Positions 45,164-56,748 of a DNA stretch of 64,000 bases are shown piece after piece (positions within the stretch are counted from its first letter, which is position 1; each line of letters starts with the position of its first letter). Source of the DNA: Paraspadella gotoi (lineage: Eukaryota; Animalia; Chaetognatha); assembly GCA_051294375.1 (NCBI GenBank), contig CM119266.1, positions 7,023,431 through 7,087,430 on the forward strand, written 5' to 3'. Made by a program: the position numbers and the translations under genes. The notes beneath the pieces were generated by a model that saw only the letters and a list, made by a program, of their open reading frames with translations, was not told where the DNA came from and made no database searches.

Positions 45164-46681
45164 ATGGCTGAAAGCTCGCGCGATATTGACAGTAAAGAGA
45201 CGGCACCCTCGAAGACATTGACTCCAACGCCGCTTCTGTTTAGCTCTCGACTCTCTCTCTCAATATGGGGCCTAATCGGATTCATGAACATGTATATCTT
45301 GCGAGTCAATCTCTCGGTGGCCTTGGTTGCAATGGTCAAGTCGACAGAGTTTTCCACCAACGTCAGCGACACTTGTCCATCTTACTCGAATGACACTTTC
45401 GAGGATAACCTTGAGGGCGAGTTCGATTGGGACCCGACCACGAGGTCGACCATCCTGGCCGCCTTCTTTTACGGATATATCTTTACCCAAATTCCGGGCG
45501 GAATTTTAGCCAAGAGATTCGGTGGAAAAGCTCTGTTAGGCTACGGCGGTCTTTGCACCGCCATATTGACACTCTTTACTCCATTGGTGGCCCGCTCCTC
45601 GTGGCAGCTTTTAGTCGCTCTTCGCGTGATGGAAGGCCTCGGCGAAGGCGTCACCTTTCCCGCCATGAATACAATGTTCGGGCGATGGGCTCCGCCTTCC
45701 GAAAGGTCCATTCTTTCCACCATCACCTTCAGCGGACAACAACTCGGCACCATTCTCGCCCTGCCTCTCACCGGGTTATTATGTCGACACGTTTCTTGGG
45801 ACTTTACCTTCTACGTGACGGGCATCATGGCCGTGATTTGGTTCGGATTTTGGATGATGTTCACCGCAGACGATCCGTCGCAGAGTTCAAGAATCACACC
45901 CGACGAAAGGGAATACATCATCGCGTCTTTGAAGAAAGAAGGCGGAGTCGGCGACCGGCCAGTGCCTTGGTATCACATTTGGTGCTCGCCGTGCGTCTGG
46001 GCTATCATCATCGCCCACACATGTCACAATTGGACCTTTTACATCTTCCTCACTGAAACGCCCTCTTTCCTCCACGATATTCTCCATTTCGACATCGAGA
46101 GAAACGGGTTCCTCTCCGCCTTGCCTTACATCCTGCAGTGGATGACGATCGTCGGCGTCGGTTGGATGGCCGACATTCTGCGAAGGCATTGTTGCTCCAC
46201 GACGATCGTTCGAAAGACTTTGAGTTCCATCGCTTTCAGTCTCATCGTCGTGTGTCTCGTGAGTCTCGCTCTCGTCGGATGCAACAAAATTCTGGCCATG
46301 CTCCTCTTGATCGGCGCCACGGGATTCAGCGGGTTTAATTACTCCGCTTTCAACGTCAACCATCTGGACATCGCGCCCGAATACGCGGGAATTCTATTTG
46401 GAATGTCCAACACCTTCGCGACGATCCCCGGCTTCGCGGGGCCCGCCCTCGTCGGCGTTTTCACCTCGCCCACCCCGACCGTGTCCGGGTGGGCGTCGGT
46501 CTTTTATATCAGCGCCGCCATCGGCGCTTTTGGGGGATTAGCTTTCTTGTTGCTGGCGTCCGGGGAGGTGCAGCCTTGGGCGAGGAACCCGCCAGATCTC
46601 TCCCCCGTTTGGTGCAAGTTTTCAACGGCGGTGGAGGAGAAGCGACTGCTGGACGGTCAGCCGGATGAGGAAGACGAATAG
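45164..46681 (+). CDS. SLC17/sialin-like MFS anion transporter, paralog 3 (intronless)
   Basis: Same SLC17 motifs: LRVNLSVALV, FFYGYIFTQIPGG, RVMEGLGEGVTFPAM, NHLDIAP, SGEVQPWA. Confidence 0.93.
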   Translation: MAESSRDIDSKETAPSKTLTPTPLLFSSRLSLSIWGLIGFMNMYILRVNLSVALVAMVKSTEFSTNVSDTCPSYSNDTFEDNLEGEFDWDPTTRSTILAAFFYGYIFTQIPGGILAKRFGGKALLGYGGLCTAILTLFTPLVARSSWQLLVALRVMEGLGEGVTFPAMNTMFGRWAPPSERSILSTITFSGQQLGTILALPLTGLLCRHVSWDFTFYVTGIMAVIWFGFWMMFTADDPSQSSRITPDEREYIIASLKKEGGVGDRPVPWYHIWCSPCVWAIIIAHTCHNWTFYIFLTETPSFLHDILHFDIERNGFLSALPYILQWMTIVGVGWMADILRRHCCSTTIVRKTLSSIAFSLIVVCLVSLALVGCNKILAMLLLIGATGFSGFNYSAFNVNHLDIAPEYAGILFGMSNTFATIPGFAGPALVGVFTSPTPTVSGWASVFYISAAIGAFGGLAFLLLASGEVQPWARNPPDLSPVWCKFSTAVEEKRLLDGQPDEEDE

Positions 46682-47689
46682 TCGTGCAATATTGAAAGAA
46701 TGGATTATACTTAAGTACTTAATCTTAAGGTTAGGCTTCTTCAATACTATCAATAGGTTAGACAACAATTTTTTAAAAAAATTTTTATGGTGCAAAATTT
46801 TTATTCGTTTTTCGTTTTTATTCGTCTTTTGAGTAATTTCGTAGTTTACTTTATCTGATCAACACCTGATGTGATTCATTTTTGAACCCTTTTTAAGTCT
46901 TACTTATTTTTTGATTGGTATTTCGTAGAACTTTTTGTGATAACTTAAATTTACTGTCTAAATTCGACAGGTGCTACATATCGGAAACTTATTACTCACT
47001 CGTGCTTATCGCCCTTTGTAAGCGATTGTCAAAAATGTGCATTTTTGACCACAAAATTATTCTAAGCTTGTGTTTGTCAAACTTTGTAAGATGTAAAAGG
47101 TTTTCAGTAAACAGGGTTAAATTAGGATATAATTCAAATATTTGTTACTATGTACCTTGTACAATTTCATATGGTTTAAAATTATTTTAATTTGAGGAAT
47201 CTTAATGCAGCATTCAAATTTAGTAGATAAATTCATGAAAACAAGGAATCATTTTATTTTGGGACTGGTCATAAAATTGGCAATGTTATTTGATCTTCGT
47301 GGATTCCCTAGTCAATTTTTGTCGTTCCACTTCTATTATCTCGAGGTGGTGGATTTTTACCGGGTATCATTTTCGCGTTTTACTCGATCTCTTCATTTTT
47401 TCTAAATCTTAATGATCTGACCAGATTAATTAGTAGTTTTATTTAAAATTCTTATCCAGCACAATCTGTCGTCGAATGAAAAAAAAAATATTTAAAATTA
47501 GCACAAAAAATGATCACCGACGAAAAGCGATAATCGACTTAAATAAAAATTTGATTTCACGAAACCGGCGAAACGACGCTCTCATTTTTATAATCTCAAC
47601 TTCGAACCTCCCACACTCTTGAAAATCCTGGGCGTCGAACGCCGTCCCTCGACCGGTTCGCCGCGTTCGGAGACTCATGGAACGGCGCC

Positions 47690-49227
47690 ATGGCATCGAA
47701 TAACAACAGCGGCGCGCCACGAGGCGCTCCCCTGCCGACCTCTACCGGCGGCGGTACTTGCTCGCCGCGCAGCGGTCCGTCCGGCGGAAGCGGCGCCGTG
47801 GGTGCTGGAGGCGTTGGAGGTGGAGCCGGCGTCGGGTTTTCCTCTTTGCAGCCGCGTCCGCCTTCGCTTTTGTCGCAGGCGTCGTCGGCGTCGGACTCGT
47901 CGCAATGGACCGACGATCTCCCCGTCCTGCGATGTGGGCGTCGGCTACGCGCACAACCAAGTTTATCGAAAGGTAAGGGTGGCGCGGGGGCACAATGTTA
48001 TATTTTGAAAAAGGGCCTCCAGGTTAACGCCCTGCTCCTTCCTCCGTCCGCCTATCTCGTACACAATGTTATATTTTGAAAAAGGGCCTCCAGGTTAACG
48101 CCCTGCTCCTTCCTCCGTCCGCCTATCTCGTACACAATGTATATTTTGAAAAAGGGCCTCAGGTAAACGCCCTGCTCCTTCCTCCGTCCGCCTATCTCGT
48201 ACACAATGTTATATTTTTGAAAAAGGGCCTCCAGGTTAACGCCCTGCTCCTTCGTCCGCCCTATCTCGTACACAATGTTATATTTTGAAAAAGGGCCTCC
48301 AGGTAACGCCCTGCTCTCTTCCTCCGTCCGCCTATCTCTCTCTTCCTGTTTCATCATTTGGCAATGGTTATGGCATGCCAAACATCCCACCCACCTCGAT
48401 TTGGTATCACCAATTTATCAATTACAATATACTCTAGAAAATATTCTAAATCTTTTACTTTTTAGTTTGAATAATAATGAATCAAATCCTTAATAAAATT
48501 ATGAATATTTAATTATTTATATCATTAGACATAAACTTTTGTATTGTATTTCTAAGGCATAATTTTTGTTTCGCTATTAAATCTTTTATACAAATATTTT
48601 TTTAAGAAATAGATTATTAAAGCTACAATATGCAAAATAAGACTCACTTTTTGCTTGGTCCCTGGATGGATCACTGATTGTCCATTTTCTTATTTCACAT
48701 TCGTCAGGTTTAACTCTCAGAATTATTAAATATTGTAAAATATAATAGTCGGACAAAAAATCTAAAAGAATAGGATCGAGCCTCCCTCAATAATAACCAA
48801 ATATTGATGCGATGATAACCAAAGGATTGATGCGAATGATAACCAAATGATTGATGCGATGATAACCAAATGATTGATGCGAATAATAAAAATTGATGCG
48901 ATGATACATAATGATGCGATGATAACCAAATGATCGATGTGATGATAACCAAATGATTGATGTGATAATACCAAATGGTTGATGCGATGATAGTCATTCA
49001 TTGATGTGATGATAATCATTCATCAAAAAATAAAACAAACACAATGCGTGTATGAGTGAAAGAGAGAGAGAAAGAGAGAGAGAGAAAGAGAGGAGAGAAA
49101 GAAGAGAGAGAAAGAAAAGAAAGAAGAGAGAAAGCATTGAGAAAGCGTGGAATAATTGGCGATAATAAAGTTTTTAAAGGAAAAAATAATCAAAATTTTT
49201 CAAAAAACGATCACGCAAAGATCGTAC

Positions 49228-49262
<35 letters not shown>

Positions 49263-51881
49263 CAGAGAGAGACAGAAAGAGAAAGAGAGAGACAGACAGA
49301 GACAGAGAGAGAGAGAAAGAAAGAGAGAAACAATCAGACACAAACGTTGTCATGGTGGATGATAAGACAGACAACGATGACGACGAAGACTATTAAAACG
49401 ATGACATTGAAGACAATGTGGAAGAAGAGAAACAAAGAAGAAAACGACAAAGCAGAAGACATTGAAGAAGAGGATGAGAAAAAGAGGAAAAGAAAAGGAC
49501 AATGACATAACAACGACAAATATCGCAAAACTTATAAAACAAGAACTGTAATTCAAATGTGTTGCGCCGCAGTGACTACCTTATAGCGTGTATTCTCGTG
49601 ACATACATGACGTGACATGACCTTACGTGACATGACATAACTGAGTCGGTGGTCAGGCAGGCCAGATTCCGCCTGTTTATATTTTTTAATTTCGGATATC
49701 TGATGGGTTTACTGGTTGGGCTTGTTACTCCATTAAAACAGTAAAACGCAAAAATTCGCTTCAACCCTACATCAATGTAATCTCGGGCAAGCTGTTAAAC
49801 CTAAATTTCTTTCCCTTTTATAAGAAACCTGCATAAACAAACTCATCAAAGTAAAAGTTGGAAAAAATTGAAAACCCTCGTTCTTTTTTGTTATTTTGAG
49901 GTTGGAAGTTATTGGCAATTGTTTCTCCTTAAACTCAAAATCGCTAAAATCCGCTTAACCTTCGAATTGCTGGAACCTGATGTGACCTGTTAAACCTGAC
50001 AATGATACTAAGTTAGGATAAACCTGGGTAAACGAATATAAGAAAGGTCGTCAAAAGAAAAATATGAAAACCTAGTTCTATTCTTTGTTATTTTCGATGA
50101 TTGACTTATCAACTGGTGAGGTATATTTCTTTCTTAAAACTCAAAACCGCTAAAATCCGCTACAGACCGTAATAGCCAAAACTATTACTAACAATAAAGT
50201 GTTGTCAATTTTTAATAATGATAAACTGAGTAAACGAGTAACTGCAAGAAAAAATTCAATTTCAGTTAATTTCTTATATATTTTGAATCCATTTCATAAT
50301 TTAGTACTCATTGGCAAAATCAATTTCCTCTCTTAATTTTATGAATCGCTATTTAATCGCATTAACTGAGGATCAAGGAAAACTTTCTTGACCTAATGAA
50401 ACCCAATAGATATTGTCCAGATGTGATAAACCTGGGTAAACGAGTGACCTATAGTAAAAAAATGTTTTTGGTATTTTTAAAGGAAAAATATGTGGACTAA
50501 TATAAGTAAAAAATATATTACTATGTAGAAAAAAAAGATACCATTTGGATTTTGGATATGATAAAGGTGAGACGTCTAGCTTTCTAACGCCGTATCATTT
50601 ATTACAATTGACAATGATATGAGAAAATGACAGTAGAATAAAGAAAAAAGTTTTTTAATTTTAGAAAAGTAAAAGAAAGGTCGAAAGAGATAAGAAAAGA
50701 AAAGCTCCGAATTTTTCGAATCTTTTTGGGTCAAATCCCGCAAGACCATTCACTTGTCATTAAAACTATCAAATCGAATTCGTGACATGAACCTTTTTCG
50801 TCCCTTCTGAATTTTTATTTTTTCCTGGAGGCATGTATCAGCGTGGGGGGGAAAGGTGGAGCACCGTTTGCTTTTTTTTGTTTGTTTTTTTGGCGGGAGA
50901 GGGATGATTTTGAGAAAATGACATCAAAATTTTACCAAACTACGCAGTTTTTATTTTGATTGGCAAAAACCAGCGAGAAACTCGTAATCGAATAATCCCA
51001 TCTTCGGAAATTTTCGAATTCGTTGGAAGGAATTCTTTTGTTATTTAATTTACAATTTATTTATGAACTTATGAACTTTCCGTTCTGCATACTTGAAATC
51101 AATTAATTTTATTCACCAACCCCCTCCATTCTCATTCCCGCAGGACGGGCTCCGCATGCCGATGCACGAGTTCGAAGATCGATCCATTCACGTCGTCCTC
51201 GATCAAGAGACTTTCCTCTACGGAGTCTTCGACGGTCACGACGGATCACTCGCCTCCGACTTCGCCTCCCAGCGTATGCCCGCCGAGATCTTGCTCGGGC
51301 AGCTGCTGGGGAGACGGACGACGAGGACGTTAAGGCAGTGCTGCATCAGTAAGGACTAAGGAGTGCGGGTGCTGGACGAACCGTCTTTGGAATGGGTCGG
51401 AGACGACGGTCTTAATGCAATTGCAACGATCCCCCGCCCCGGATGTAATTGCCTTCAGGCGTTCCACGCGGTCGACCGAGGGTTCTTCGATTCCCTCGAC
51501 GACAAACTTGCAGAGAGGGCGAAACTTCTCATGTCTTTACCGGAAGGTAAGCCTCTTTATTTACTCAACATTTATTTCTTAGCCTATTAATTTTTACTCG
51601 TCATCCTCCGTAAAAAAAACCGGCAGGCCTTAGCGACCTCCAATCGCGCGACGAAGCCTTCGAGAAATTTCCCGAAGTCGTGACACGAGTAGAGACACTG
51701 GACGCGGAGATCCGCGGCGGCACCTCCGCCGTCGTCGCCCTTGTCGTCAACAACCGTCTCTACGTCGCCAACGCTGGCAATTCGAGGGCGCTGCTCTGCC
51801 GCACCGACCCGGAGGGCGGAACACTCAGGGTCTTTCAACTCAGTGTCGATCACAATATCAACAGCGAGGAGGAGGTTGAAA

Positions 51882-51943
<62 letters not shown>

Positions 51944-54900
51944 AAATAATGAAAATAATAAAAATAATAAAAATAATAATAATAATAAAAATAACAGGAA
52001 TTTAAAAAATAAAGTTTTTAAAAAAAAAGCTTAAGGGATAAAGAAATATAAACTCTAAAATATTTAAATATCTAAAATGTAATAGTATGAGTAATAACAC
52101 AAAAACTTCCAAAATTCAAAAATAAAGACAAGACCATTCTTCGCAGACTCAAGGCCCTTGGCGTCGACGCCGATCACCTTAAGGAGGCCACTGATTTCGT
52201 CCACACACGCTCAATAGGAGACTTTCACGTGAAAGGAGGTCAGACAAACTCTTAATTTTTTCCTTGTTATTTATGCAATATATATATTTAATTATTTATA
52301 CATCACACTTTATACTATAATCTGATGAAAAAAATGTCAATTGAGATTAATGACGAAGTCTTGTTATATAAGGTCGGAACTTTTGATACAACCAAGAATG
52401 ATTTTATTTTATGGTACAGACAAGTTTCGGCTTTAATTCATGCCTTCATCAGTGCTTTAATCACAATGAAAAAAATGTCAAAGAATGAATAAACATTATC
52501 TTATTCTATGACGATTGAAGTTTTTATGCAAATAAGATTAAGAGACTTAGTCTCATTCAAGATTATATTCAAAAATTATCTCTTACAAATCCAAAAGCTG
52601 AAATCTCGAAAATGTTCATTAGTCATTTTGTTGCCGAGTCCCTTTTTCTACAAACCGATTGAGTGACTGACCGACAAACTTCCCTCGGGCCCTTCTCTCT
52701 TTTTAAATCCCTAATTCCGCGGATTTTGCCCCTCTTTGGTCGAGGCCGGCATGAACGTTGGCATGTTTGGCGATGGATGCGGTGTGTCTTAAGGCGTACG
52801 AGTTGACATTATCGGGGTTCGTCGAGGAAATGAGCCGGGACACGCTCGTCATCGACCTGCCCTTGACCTCGCTAAATGATCTGAGAAAAAGAGAAAGAAG
52901 CAGGAGAGGCATGTGGAGGAATTGAGACTTGGTTGTGCTGCGGAAATGGTTTCTCACCTCCTTTTGCATTTCCAAGTAAAAGTGTTCCTCTTCTCTCCCA
53001 TCCTGACCGGATAGGTCTTTCTCAGCTCCTTCATGTCCGCTCTATGCTCTTGCAACAATCGATTGCTCCAGCCTCCCTGATTGATTAATTGATTTAATCG
53101 AAGGGAATAATTTGATGAAGAATACCGTAAGCGTAAATGATATTTCTTTCATGGACTTTTCATTCTTTACCAGTTGTTTGTAGCCTGCACTCACCATCGA
53201 CTGGAGGCAGTCATCCCAGCGCAACTGATTGTCGGTTACGTTCTTACGGAAACAAGACAAATACGTCTCTCGCTGATAAATTGCCAGAGATTTTTGATAG
53301 GACTTGTCCTGCAAATGTTCGAAAAATGATAAATGGTTTTGTTCACTGGTGGCTTTGAAAAACAGAAAAACAATTGTCATCACGTGATGAAAAAAGTCGA
53401 TGTCTTTAATGGAATCTTTGTTCACACAAGTGGCCGCCTTTTCTTCGTCGTCGCCCGCGCCGGAGCTCTGCACCAGAGGCACACCCAACTCTATCTTGGC
53501 CAGCTTCGTCTTGTCTTGGAAAAATTCCCATATCCAGCACAAGGCTAGATAACCAGCGTTTCCTTAAGGAGTGACCGAGTGTATGAGTAATTGAGTATGC
53601 CTAAAATTTTTAAATATTTTTTTCTTTACCTTTGCGAGTCATCAAAGGCGCGATGAGGTCCTTGGGAAAATCTATTTTGGCGCTCTTGAAAAAGAGGCGA
53701 AGAAAGATCCAATTGCGCTCGTACAAATCCCAACGATGTCCGTAGCATCCCTTCAGTAAAAATAAGAAAAACGAGACGTGAACAGTTTCGGAAAAGTAAG
53801 AAAATTGCAGCGTCGACTCGGTTACATGCAGAAGACACGCCGCTCCAGACTCTGGATAATATTTCAAGAAAATCTCTGCGATGAGAGCTCCGCTGGCGGC
53901 GTCGTGTCGGGGATGTAGGAATTTGTGACGAAGTTTCAATCTGACGTCAAAACAAAACAAAACAAAAAAGATCTAAAGGATGAGGAAAATGAAAAAAAAC
54001 AAACCATAATTCAGGCTTTAAACTTTTTTCTCACGTTGTGAGCCATTTGATGACCACCCGAGGCAACGACGTTCTCGGCCGATCTCTTTCCGGCCACGTT
54101 ATCGGCGGCGGCGGAGGCTCATCTTTCTTATCCTTTTTCCCGCCTTCCGGTTCACTTTTTTCCGCCATCTTTGTTTTGTAATTTGTTGTTATTTATATTT
54201 TATTTATTCATCATTTTCCTATGATCTTTCGAGGTCGGTAGAAGTCAAAGAAGCGCTAAGCCGCCTCATTTTCGTTGTAAGTTCTGAAGATAAGAAAAAT
54301 TTCGTTTCAATTACTTGTTATATTGTATTTATTATGGTTTTTCAAGGAAAGAAAGTCGATTGTCCCACTTTAATTTCTTCTAACCTCCTACTTGAAGGCT
54401 ACCGCGAGCGCGTGGAGCTCCGCAACTCCTCCTACGAGCCCGTCATCGCCGAACCGGAGATCCACGGAGGCATCGAGATCGACGAGGACACGCGGTTTCT
54501 CGTCCTCATGTCTGACGGGCTCTATAACGCCGTCGCGGAGGCCACCGGCACGGCCACACCCAACGCCGGTCAGGAGACGCTTGGATAGCTATACAAATAA
54601 TAATAATTATAATGACAATAGACAATATTAAAATTCTGTATTTAATATTGAGCCATTTAATGTTGTTGGACAGAAATCGCGGCGAGAGTCGCGGAGGAGT
54701 TCTCCAACCAATCGACTCTCAACGGCGTCGCTCAGTCGGTCGTCGATTTCGTCGTCAGGACGCACAACGATTACTACATGCAGACGAGAAGCAATAACCA
54801 GTCCAAGAATTCAGGTAGGTCCCGTAACTTTTACTATTTTAAGTTGAGTTTAGTGTTGTGAAAAACTTAGAATAAGAATCTGAGATGAATGCGATTATCT

Positions 54901-56345
54901 CGTTATAATTTTAAATTTTCCATTTTTAGTCGGAGGCGACGCGGATCTCATGGGCGGCATTCCTCTGGCGCCGCGGACGAGGGACGACATCACGTTGCTC
55001 GTCCGAAATTTTAAGTAAGGCTCTAGTTATATCTATTCTCCATTTCGTCTTTCGTACCATTAATTCTCAAACTTTTCAATTTTAATTAATTCCTTTTTCA
55101 CACATCTTCAGCTACTCGATGCCACGCGGTCCCTCGTCCATCTCATCCCCGGCGTCGACCCCTTCCTCCTCATCCTCCCTCAGCTCCATCTCCTTCGCCA
55201 ACAAACGTCAACCCATCGCCGGCGCCGGCGCTTCTCCCGCTCCCCTCGTCACTCCACTCAAGCTCAAAATACCACCCTCATCCAACAACAAGGTACATTA
55301 TGTTCAAGTATGTTCTCTGCCTTGTTTATTTAGAAGATAATCTATATCCGGAAATACATTTTAAATTCTCTTGCCTCTTCTAAGGTTATAATTATCTTTT
55401 TAAAGGAACCGTCAATGACGCCAACGCCTCAACCAGAATCGAACCCAGCGACTCCCACTTCCCCACGAAACGGTTTGACTTCGCCCGAAACCAGGGCGCC
55501 TGGTCCACCGGCACTTTCAGTCTTCAACGGTGGCCTAGGGGAAGGCGCCGGCGCACCGCAATCTCAACTTATCAGGAAACAGTCTTCGAGAAGCACCACA
55601 ACTGGTAAAAGAATGTGATGAGAAGAAAAAAGGATAAAAGAAAACAATAAATGGATGAAAATGAGGAAGAATAACAAGAAGAAAGAATGAGAGAGAATTA
55701 TTTACGATTTAATTCAGCCTCCATCGAAAGTGGCGTCTCCACGCAAAGTGGAGATGGAAGTCCTCAAGGAAGTCGGAAGCGCCATCTTTTTTCTCTGCCG
55801 AGGTTAGACCTAAAATTTTACATTTCAAATAAATCATTAAATATCATAGTGTGACTTTGGTATGTGCTTATTTATTATTATTATTATTATTATTATTTAT
55901 ATTTCGACAGGCAACGGGCGGGGGCGTTGTTGCTTGACGAAGACGGACGCATCGAGCCTTATGTCGATTTCGCTCCCTTTTATTTATTAATCGGTGATAA
56001 AAATATTTTGTCGTTTTTCAAACGTTCGAAAACTTAAACTTGTACAAATTTCATGTGAATGTATTGTACTTTTAGATAATTGTTCCAAGTTTGCCCGATT
56101 TTAGCCTAAAATCATAAAAAGATTAATATTATCTTTTCTTAGAGCAAATCGAGCGCGAACGGCATGATAGCTATGGGAACAGCGTCGTCGGCGGACCGGG
56201 CGGCGGACTCGTCAGCGGCGGATTTTCGGAAGAGCACCTCAATGGTGACCTAAGTGGGAGCGATTCCTTCCCCAACACTCCCGACGCCGAAGGATTCGTT
56301 TGGGTTCCCAAGTCTTACAGTCACGACGACCACAGTCAAGTCTGA
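47690..56345 (+). CDS. TAB1: TAK1-binding protein 1 (PP2C-like pseudophosphatase), multi-exon; about three apparent indels in the first two exons as given
   Basis: QWTDDLP, LYGVFDGHDG..QRMPAEILLGQL, GGTSAVVALVVNNRLYVANAGNSRALLC, TRSIGDFHVKGGY, PVIAEPEIHG, FLVLMSDGL, DDITLLVRNF, C-terminal DEDGRIEPYVDF. Confidence 0.88.
47991..48340. repeat. ~71-bp tandem repeat, ~5 copies, in TAB1 intron 1
   Basis: Unit CACAATGTTATATTTTGAAAAAGGGCCTCCAGGTTAACGCCCTGCTCCTTCCTCCGTCCGCCTATCTCGTA. Confidence 0.92.
48790..49020. repeat. ~23-bp minisatellite followed by (GA)n-rich low-complexity tract to ~49330
   Basis: Repeated GATGCGATGATAACCAAATGATT. Confidence 0.85.
49850..50450. repeat. Three degenerate ~200-bp tandem units, probably a DNA-transposon remnant
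   Basis: GATAAACCTGGGTAAACGA recurs at ~50017, ~50220, ~50425; AAACTCAAAATCGCTAAAATCCGCT at ~49931 and ~50137. Confidence 0.6.
51884..51990. repeat. (AAT)n microsatellite at the start of a TAB1 intron
   Basis: Direct reading. Confidence 0.95.
52416..52456 (-). ncRNA. Minimal type I hammerhead ribozyme motif (Penelope-like element remnant)
   Basis: - strand: GCA-CTGATGA-A-GGC-ATGAATTAAA-GCC-GAAAC-TT-GTC-TGT: intact core, stem II, short stem III, GUC cleavage triplet. Confidence 0.7.
52703..54168 (-). CDS. SPATA4: SPATA4/SPEF1-family CH-like domain protein nested antisense in a TAB1 intron (52239-54397), multi-exon
   Basis: MAEKSE..SLPRVVIKWLTT|LKLRHKFLHPRHDAASGALIAEIFLKYYP, ERNWIFLRLFF, QDKSYQKSLAIYQRET..RKNV resemble SPATA4; internal junctions approximate. 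Confidence 0.7.
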
Positions 56346-56748
56346 CATGATGACATTCTGTCTCGAGCCCATTGTCGTCCTGACGAAAAAAAAACAAACA
56401 ACTGACAGTGAAGCGAAGAAATTCAAAAATACTAGTCTTATCTATCCCTCTTGTCCCCCACCCTTTAAAACCCTCCTTAATCCCTTCAACCCCGTTGTTC
56501 CCCCATCCCCCCTCCCCTCCCCTCCCCTCCCCTCAACTGCCAATCGCCGGCGCGAGAGATGAAGCTCTTAATTTTATTATGATGTATCTTGCGTCGCTAA
56601 ATGATATATGATGAAAGATTGTTTGTGATAGGATATAGAAATGAAATAAATTTATTCAAACGTTTCGCCACCTCTGTTTTGTTTTGCTTTTTTAATAAAT
56701 CACGTTTATTATTGCCAATTTTTTTAAAGATATTTATAAGGGTAAGGA

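Noticed and set aside
47991-48340. CRISPR-like array
   Set aside because: Head-to-tail tandem units without unique spacers, eukaryotic intron, no cas genes; same for 63190-63338.
49056-49556. Charged ORFs (ERERK...) in TAB1 intron 1
   Set aside because: Translations of GA-rich microsatellite.
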